Source of the DNA: the human T2T-CHM13v2.0 reference genome, Homo sapiens | Assembly: GCF_009914755.1 (NCBI RefSeq) | Contig: NC_060941.1 | Length of the DNA: 64,000 bases | Strand: one strand, 5' to 3' | Shown: positions 51,561-64,000 of the stretch, piece after piece | Position numbering within the stretch: the first letter of the stretch is position 1 | Layout of the letters: each line of letters starts with the position of its first letter | Program-made: the position numbers and the translations under genes | Notes under the pieces: model-generated | What the model saw: only the letters and a program-made list of their open reading frames with translations | Told to the model about the DNA's origin: nothing | Databases searched by the model: none

Positions 51561-52494
51561 CACTGTAGGAGGGAGCGTTTCAATGGGTACATTGTTCCAC
51601 AGTTTGGCTGAGGCTAGCTCCTGCCTGTGACTAAAGGTGTCCATGTGACTTGAGCTGCATTACACATCGCAATGGGCCACTCTTTCTTCGGGGTTGTCCC
51701 AGTGACTTGGCCTCCATAACTATGCCTCTCACTGCGGCTCCTTGAGGGAGATAATTATAGCATAGAGTAACAGAACTTTAAAAGTAATGACTGACTACAT
51801 AGTTTCCTAAATATTTGTGTTTTACTTATTTGTATCATTACTTTTTAATCACTGTGATTCTAGGGGTTGAGTTTTCTTTTCAAATTTTTCTTTGTATCTA
51901 ATTTCCTTGCTGTTAGATACAACAGCAAAAGTACAAAAGACAAAAGAAAACCTAAATAAATTGGATTACATCAAAATTGAAAATGTTGTGCTACAATTGA
52001 TACTATCAAGAAGGAAAAAATACACTTTACAGAATAAGGAATAATATTTGCAAATTACATACCTGATAAGAGACCTGTATCTAGAACGTATAAGGAGCAC
52101 TTACAACACAGCAATAAGAAGATGACCCAATTAAAAATTAGGCAAAGGCTTTGAATACACATTTCTCCAAAAAAAAAAAAAAAAAATAGAGAAATGGCCA
52201 ATAAGTAAAAGGAAAACATGCTCAACATCTTTGGTCATTAAGAAAATGCAAATCAAAATCACAATGAAATATCACTTCATACCCACTAGAAAAGCTAAAA
52301 TTAAAAAGACAAATAATAACAAATGATGACAAGGGTGTATATACAGTGCAAACTTAATTTACCTCTGGTAAAAATTGTAAAATGGTGCAGGTGGTTTTGA
52401 AAACAATTTGGCAATACCTCCAAAAGTTAAATATAGAGTTACGATGTGATTTAGCAATTCTACTCCTGAGTATACATCCAAGAGAAATAAAAAC

Positions 52495-55415
<2,921 letters not shown>

Positions 55416-55430
55416 CACAACCACAAAAAA

Positions 55431-55545
55431 GGCCAAGTGCAGTGGTTCATGCCTATAATCCCAGCACTCTGGGAGGCTGAGCCAGGAAGAAGCCAGGGGT
55501 TTCAGGCCAGCCTAGGCAGCATAGCAAGACCCTGTCTCTACTTAA
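55431..55545 (+). mobile_element. Alu left monomer (FLAM-like)
   Basis: GGCCAAGTGCAGTGGTTCATGCC...AGACCCTGTCTCTA. Confidence 0.8.
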
Positions 55546-56008
55546 AAAGTAAAACATGTCCAAACAAAAACTTACACAAAAATATTTATAACAACATTAA
55601 ACATAATAGTCAATAAGTGGAAATTTTCCCAATATCCATCAACTGATAAGTATGGTAGTTTTGATTTGTGAAATTTTTTATTTGTCAGTGAAAAGGAATG
55701 GCACAACACAGATGAACCTTAGAACATTATGCAGTGAAAGAAGTCAGTCACAAAAGACTACATATTACATGATTCTATTTATATGAGCTATCTCGAATAC
55801 AAAAATTTATAGAGACAGAAAATAGATTAGTAATTGCCTAGGGCTGGGAGGTTTGTGGGAAATGGGTAATGACTGCTAATGGATAAAGGGCTTCTTTCTA
55901 TGGTAATGAAAATGTTCTAAAATTAGATTTAAATTAGATGGTTGCATAATTCTGTGAATATACTAAAAAAAACCATTGAATAATATAATTTACAGGGGTG
56001 AATTGTAT

Positions 56009-56935
<927 letters not shown>

Positions 56936-56943
56936 ATGGTATG

Positions 56944-57304
56944 TGATATGGTTTGGCTGTGTCCCAACCCAAATCTCAAATTATAGTTCCCATAATTCCC
57001 ATGTGTCATGGGAGGGACCCAGTGGGAGGTAATTTTATCATGGGGTGCGTCTTTCCCATGCTGCTCTCATGACAGTGAATAAGTCTCACAAGATCCGATG
57101 GTTTTATAAAGGGGAGTTCCCCTGCACATGCTCCCTCTCTTGCCTGCTGCCATGTAAAATGTGACTTTGCTCCTCATTCACCTTCCAACATGGTTACAAG
57201 GCCTCCCCAACCATGTGGAACTGTGAGACAGTTAAACCTCTTTCTTTTATAAATTACCAGTCTTGGGTATGATTTTATTAGCAGTGTGAGAACAGACAAA
57301 TGCT
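56944..57304 (+). mobile_element. THE1B-type solo LTR
   Basis: TGATATGGTTTGGCTGTGTCCC...GGGGAGTTCCCCTGCAC; perfect 5-bp TSD GTATG. Confidence 0.88.
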
Positions 57305-57492
57305 GTATGTGAATTATATCTTAATAAAACTATTAAAAAATTTTTTTACTAAAAAAAGATAATTTTTTTGTCTACTAAAATTTCTTTACTAAAAAAGGGG
57401 TTTTGCGGAGATGATGGTCAAAGGATACAAAATTTTAGTTAGACACGAGAAATAAGTTCAAGAGCTCTATTGTACAACATGGTGACTGTAGT

Positions 57493-58420
<928 letters not shown>

Positions 58421-58618
58421 TACTTATTAACAATGTATTGTATTCATAAAAATTGCTAAGAGAGTAGATTTAAGTGTTTTCACTTCCAAAAGATAAGTTT
58501 GTGAGAGAATGCATATGTTAATTAGTTCAATTTGGCCCTGCCATAATGTATACATATTTCAAAACAACATTTTGTACATGATAAATACATAAAATTTTTA
58601 TTTGTCAAAGAAAGAAAG

Positions 58619-59045
58619 TGAGAAAAGAACTTATATCTAAAGAATGTGAGTCCCTTTAAATTATCACCTCCAGAGAGACACTAAAATGAGGCAGCACTCA
58701 CTTCCTACTCCTCCACTCCTGCCCTGCTTTAAGCTATGTATTTGTCTCTTGGAACTGTTTGCTATCACAAGTAGCTATATATTCACCTAATAATGCCACA
58801 GTGAACATTATAACCTACACTCTATAGCTTAACAATGTATAGTCAATCACTAATCAATGTTCTATCAGACAGTGAGAATTTCTGACAAACAACTTTGTAT
58901 CTATCCTTCTTCTTTGACTTTAAAAACTTGCTTGAAACAAAGGCCAAATGGAGCTCATATTCAAGGCTACTTGCATCTGACTCTTCCAGGCACCTGGCCT
59001 CACTTTGGCTCAAGTAAACTCTTTAAATTACATTTTGTGCCTCAG
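58619..59045 (+). mobile_element. ERV1 (MER4-group) LTR, 3' end clipped
   Basis: TGAGAAAAGAACTTATATCTAAAGAATGTGAGTCCCTTTAAATTATC...CTTTGGCTCAAGTAAACTCTTTAA. Confidence 0.65.
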
Positions 59046-59074
59046 TGGAAGGAAGAAAGGAAGGAAGAAGGAGG

Positions 59075-59650
59075 GAGGGAGGAACCAAGAATATTCCACC
59101 TCAAAATACACACTTCTTTGGCATATTTGGAGATGGATGTTCAGAGGCTCTCCTGCAAGGTGCCTTTTGTGAAGCAGATTTGCATCTGTAGAGAAACTCT
59201 GCATTGGTGAAACAAACAGCCAGGTTTTCCCTACCCGCTGTCCCTGATCAGGAATCAGGATGGAGACATGACTACCTCCTAGAAGAGAGAGACTGAAGTC
59301 TGATACTTTTGGGGGTCTGACAGAAACTCCCTCTTTCTGAGATCTGCTCACTGTAAGCTTTCATCTGCATAACAAGACATGCTTTGCTAGCCAGGCCTCT
59401 TCTCCTCTCCCTCCCAGAAGTGGTTTTGTCCCTGCCCCAAGCCCCTGTTCTTTCCTCAACCTCAGGACAATATAAAACTTTAACCATGTGGCTTTTTCTT
59501 TGAGCTTTTCATATACGATAAGACTTCTATGCACACATGTTCACATTAACAAATTGTGTATCCTTTTTCTCCTATTAATCTGCCTTTTGTCAAGTGATTT
59601 TCAATGAACCTTCAGAGAGCAAAGAGGAAGTTTTCCCTTGGCCCGCTACA
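59075..59650 (+). mobile_element. MER34-group ERV1 LTR
   Basis: AGAATATTCCACCTCAAAATACACACTTCTTTGGCATA...GAAGTTTTCCCTTGGCCCGCTACA. Confidence 0.7.
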
Positions 59651-60475
59651 AAAGAAAAATAGAAAACACCAAGCGTTGTTGAAATGTGAAGCAACTGGAA
59701 AGCTCACATATTGATGGGGGAAATGTAGCATTTTTTAAAAGGTAGTTCTATTTAAATTACTAATAGATAATATTACAGGAAATCTGCAGACACTGACAAA
59801 ATTGTAAAGATGTTACCCAAGTGACTGAAGTATGAAAAAAGCCCCAATCTTTAACTGGGCATTCAGGGCCCTACACATTTTAGCTCCACATTCTCAATCC
59901 TCTTAGCTGCTCCCCTGCCCCTAGAATACCCCAGGGCACACCAGTTACCTTGCTTTTGTCTTACTGTGAGAATGATAACTGAAATTTACAGAGAGTTAAC
60001 TCTACTTTCAATGTGGGTAGCCATTAAGTCTAGACATCCATGAACATATGCAATCTTTATACTATCTCTATATAAATAGTTATTATTGCCCACAGTTTGC
60101 AGATAAATAAACATGAAGCTACAGAGGATTAATAACTTGAGCCTGACTGCAATGAAACTCATTACTATCATGGTTCCTCTTGAAATAAATGTCTACTTGC
60201 CCTCACCTTTTGGGTTGTGTCTTGGTTTTGGATATGGAGACAGGATCAGATGTTCTGCTGTTTGTATCTCCCCACACACAGTGAGGACAGAACCCAAACA
60301 TGGGTCGCTGTGAGCTCATGAATCTTTCTTGTCTGTTGGTCAGTCACATCTTTGGCTTTAGGATATCTTTCACTTTAGCAGAAATCCCAGGAGACAGATG
60401 ATGTCTTCAGGTTCATATATACTTGACATTTAGTAAGTCATAAACTTGATTCTGAGCATTACCTCTCATATCTAG

Positions 60476-60859
<384 letters not shown>

Positions 60860-60875
60860 CACTCAGCACTAATTT

Positions 60876-61337
60876 TAAGGGAGGAGACCACCCATCATAT
60901 TGTCTTATGCCCAATTTCTGCCTCCAAAGAAAGAAGAAGTAAAAACTAAAAGGCAGAAATGAAATCCACAAGCAGACAGCCCAGCACCACACCCTGGGCC
61001 TGGTAGTTAAAGATCAACCCCCAACCTAATCAGTTATGTTATCTATAGATTACAGACATTGTATAGAAAAGCACTGTGAAAATCCCTGTCCTGCTCTGTT
61101 CCATTCTAATTACCAGTGCATGCAGCCCCCAGTCATGTACCCCCTGCTTGCTCAATTGATCACGACCCTCCCAGGCGGACCCCCTTAGAGTTGTGAGCCC
61201 TTAAAAGGGACAGGAATTGCTCGCTTGGGGAGCTCGGTTGTTGGAAACATGAGTCTTGCGGAAGCTCCCAGCCAAATAAAGCCCTTCATTCTTTAACTTG
61301 GTGTCTGAGGGGTTTTGTCTGTGGCTTGTCCACTATG
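60876..61337 (+). mobile_element. LTR2-family (HERV-E) solo LTR
   Basis: TAAGGGAGGAGACCACCCATCATATTGTCTTATGCCCAATTTCTGCCTCC start; CCCTTAAAAGGG TATA-like box; AATAAA at ~61275. Confidence 0.88.
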
Positions 61338-62036
61338 TTTCAGCATAGTGGAGGCTCATGCTGATCTTGTCTTCAAGTCTTAATCTAGGATCAGAAGGCA
61401 GAGGTTCAAATGATGAGGCAAGGCTGGCCTGAATACTCAAGGTTGGCCCTCTATTCTGCCTCTGCTACTGTTAGTGAGGAAAGAGAAGGCATCACTCACC
61501 CCCTATGTAACTCAGTAGAACTATAGCCCCAAATTCCAAGAAGTGACATGCCTCCCATTTCAGAGCTGAGAAACAATGATCTCCTTGTTTTTCTTCTTTT
61601 ACCCATTTGCCTAACCTCATATATAAAGGCTTATGTGTCCTTTAATTTCCATGTTCTACCTACATAATCCCTCAGCAGGCTTTAGCTAAGAAGCATGGGC
61701 TTCCTCTTTCTATTTCCTCTCTTAATCTTAGGTCCTGCTGATTGCATGCTCCAGCAGAACTGTATGTTATAGCTGGCTCTTTGATTTCCTGCTTATGTCT
61801 AGAATGCTGTCAATTCTTCAGTGATTTTACACAGAGCAAGCTCTAGTGTTTGCTTCATTTTCTTTCTCTGCCTCTTATATTTGGCTTTCTCAATACTTTA
61901 GTCATATAGGAACAACAGTTATAAATAAGGCCCTTTATAACTCTATATGTGTCAAGGCCCCCATATATCACCTGTACAATGAACAATTAATAGTTGTCTT
62001 TGCATTGTCTCAATTTGTATAATAAACATATAGATA

Positions 62037-62084
62037 CACACACACACACACACACACACATACATACACACACATACACACACA
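62037..62084. repeat. (CA)n microsatellite with TA interruptions
   Basis: Direct reading of the sequence. Confidence 0.92.
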
Positions 62085-62567
62085 TGAGAAAGCAAGATGT
62101 TTTTTAAAAGAAATCAAATGGATAAGGCAGGAAAAAAGCACAAAAACCAGACTGGGCGATGACCCCAGAGAAAACGGAGTAGTGGAGAAAAGAGCAGTAA
62201 TTAGTCTTCCAATCGTAAGGCTCTGGTTTGGGGATCCTGATAGGAAAAAGAACTTGGGTTTTAGATTTGATTCTCTGTGCTTCCTTCCCCTAGCACTGAC
62301 TGGACAAAACTTCAGAGAGCCCGTTTGTTTATTTTCTTTTCAACTGATAGGTACAGTTTGTCTGATGTTTGCCAGGTTATGCAAAATGTCTTCAAAGCCT
62401 GTGAATGACCCAATTTAGTTCCCAAGACAGAGAAAAAACATCATGTGCAAAGCATTGTACTCCTGTTATGTGGTTTAATTTATCTAACAATTTTGTGAAA
62501 TAAATATAATTATTTCCCTTTCTTAAGAAACTGAGGATCCCAGAAATCAAATAGTGACCAGAACAGA

Positions 62568-62754
62568 CAGTGGTATGTTATGCACAAGCTTTTGAGAGCT
62601 AGGTATACACCTCTCTTCTCAAATCCGTATATAGTGATGTCAAGTCATTAGCTTGGAATCAACCATCCTGAGAGCATTTGCACTATGGAAATTAGAAAAT
62701 GCTATAAATGAGTGCTTTCTTTGAGTGACAGTTGTCAAATATTTTATGCTACTG
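62568..62754. mobile_element. MER63-like hAT element
   Basis: CAGTGGTATG...TAGCTTGGAATCAACC...GCATTTGCACTATGGAAATT. Confidence 0.5.
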
Positions 62755-62761
62755 ACAATAG

Positions 62762-63907
62762 TGTTATAATCGGTAGCTACTTAGACATGAGCAGGGCACG
62801 AGAGGGCCCCCTTCCCTCAACTAGGAATGTCAGATGACCAGCAGGTGATGGCCAGGTGGTTGTTAACTGTCTCTCTAAAATATTAATTGGTTGCAGCCAG
62901 CACCAGAGAAAGACAGTCTCCTAATAGATAGAAATACCTGAAACTGATGACCAGCAGCTTCCCAATAAGATCTCAGGAGTTAGGCAAGTGGGCTCAAGCA
63001 TGCACACTGAAAAGCAATTTGGTGGAGTTTAACTGGGATATGGCTGATGTGGTTTGGCTCTTTGCTCCCCACCAAATCTCATGTTGAATTGTAATCCCCA
63101 GTGTTGGGGGAAGGACCCGGTGGGAGGTGATTGGATCATGGGGGTGGATTTCTTCTCTTGCTATTCTCATGATAGTGAGTTTTCATGAGATCTGGTTGTT
63201 TTAAAGGGTATAGCCCTTCCCCCTTCCCCTTCTCACTCTTCCTCCTACTCCCACCATGTAAGATGTGCTGGTTTCCCCCTTCACCTTCTACCATGATTGT
63301 AAGTTTCCAGAAGCCTACCCAGCCATACCTCCTGAACAGCACATAGAACTCTGAGTCAATTAAACCTCTTTTCTTTATAAATTACCCAGTCTCAGGTAGT
63401 TCTTTATAGCAGTGTGAGAATGAACTAATATAATGACTGCCCTCTGGGAACACTGGACTGGTAAGGGAAGAATGCTTCAAGTGAGCATGCGTACAACTCC
63501 AGCAAACACATTGAAAACGCGGCCCCTCTTAAGTGCTGGCAGGCCACTGCGCTTGTGGACAGTCCCTCCCCAATGGAAGAATCAGGGGAGAAGAGACACA
63601 ACCCCCTGGAAGCATGCCAAAATTTAAAACCCCAAGTCAAAAGGTCAAACCATACACTTGATCTCAAGTCACCCACCTGGCCCTCTTCCAAGGGTTCTTT
63701 ATCTCCTTTTATTCCTGCTCTAGAGCTTTTTAATAAACGTTCACTCCTGCTCTAAAACTTACCTCTGTCTCACTTTGCCTTATGCCCCTCAGTCAAATTC
63801 TTTCTTCTGACCACGCAAGAATTGAGGTTGCTGCAGACCCATATGGATTCGCCACTGCTAACATACTTTGGTGTCGTGTGACTCAAAGATGTTCCCTAGT
63901 GCTAACA
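62762..63907 (+). mobile_element. MER50 ERV1 LTR (62762-63863) plus retained PBS stub and last nucleotides of the 3' LTR
   Basis: TGTTATAATCGGTAGCTACTTAGACATGAGCAGGGC start; LTR end TGCTAACA at 63863; TGGTGTCGTGTGACTC PBS; second TGCTAACA ending at 63907; TSD ATAG at 62758-62761 and 63908-63911. Confidence 0.85.
63045..63432 (+). mobile_element. MSTA-type MaLR solo LTR nested in MER50
   Basis: TGATGTGGTTTGG...GTGATTGGATCATGGGGG...AATTACCCAGTCTCAGGTAGTTC; TSD ATGGC/ATGAC. Confidence 0.85.
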
Positions 63908-64000
63908 ATAGGATTAGAAACAGTCTTTTAGACACAACTGTAAGTTCCTCCTTTGAGGCTAACACAGACCCTTCAATAGGCTGAGATTCTACCTCAGAGT

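Overview
Primate genomic DNA, most likely human given an AluY with AluYa5-lineage diagnostics and intact CpGs. The window is repeat-dominated and I recognise no intact cellular protein-coding gene, tRNA, rRNA or snRNA. It opens inside a dead, near-full-length L1PA5-like LINE-1 (1-5160). It also contains about 25 Alus, a second L1PA ORF2 fragment, several old L1M, L2, MIR and MER DNA-transposon fossils, about 16 LTR elements including a full-length THE1A, and a deep nested-insertion stack at about 52-64 kb. Structure the repeat annotation does not explain: (i) a perfect 33-bp-arm hairpin at 9141-9260 that looks like a template-switch-born, pri-miRNA-like stem; (ii) a ~250-bp local inverted duplication with a secondary templated copy at 35863-37195; (iii) a strong plus-strand bias of LTRs (15 of 16), plus purine-rich, splice-site-bounded unique segments on the minus strand at 47.4-50.1 kb, suggesting a minus-strand transcription unit or decayed gene; (iv) a very young mosaic AluYa element; (v) a MER50 provirus collapsed by microhomology that kept its tRNA-His primer-binding site. 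Subfamily names come from recall of consensus sequences and boundaries of old repeats are approximate.
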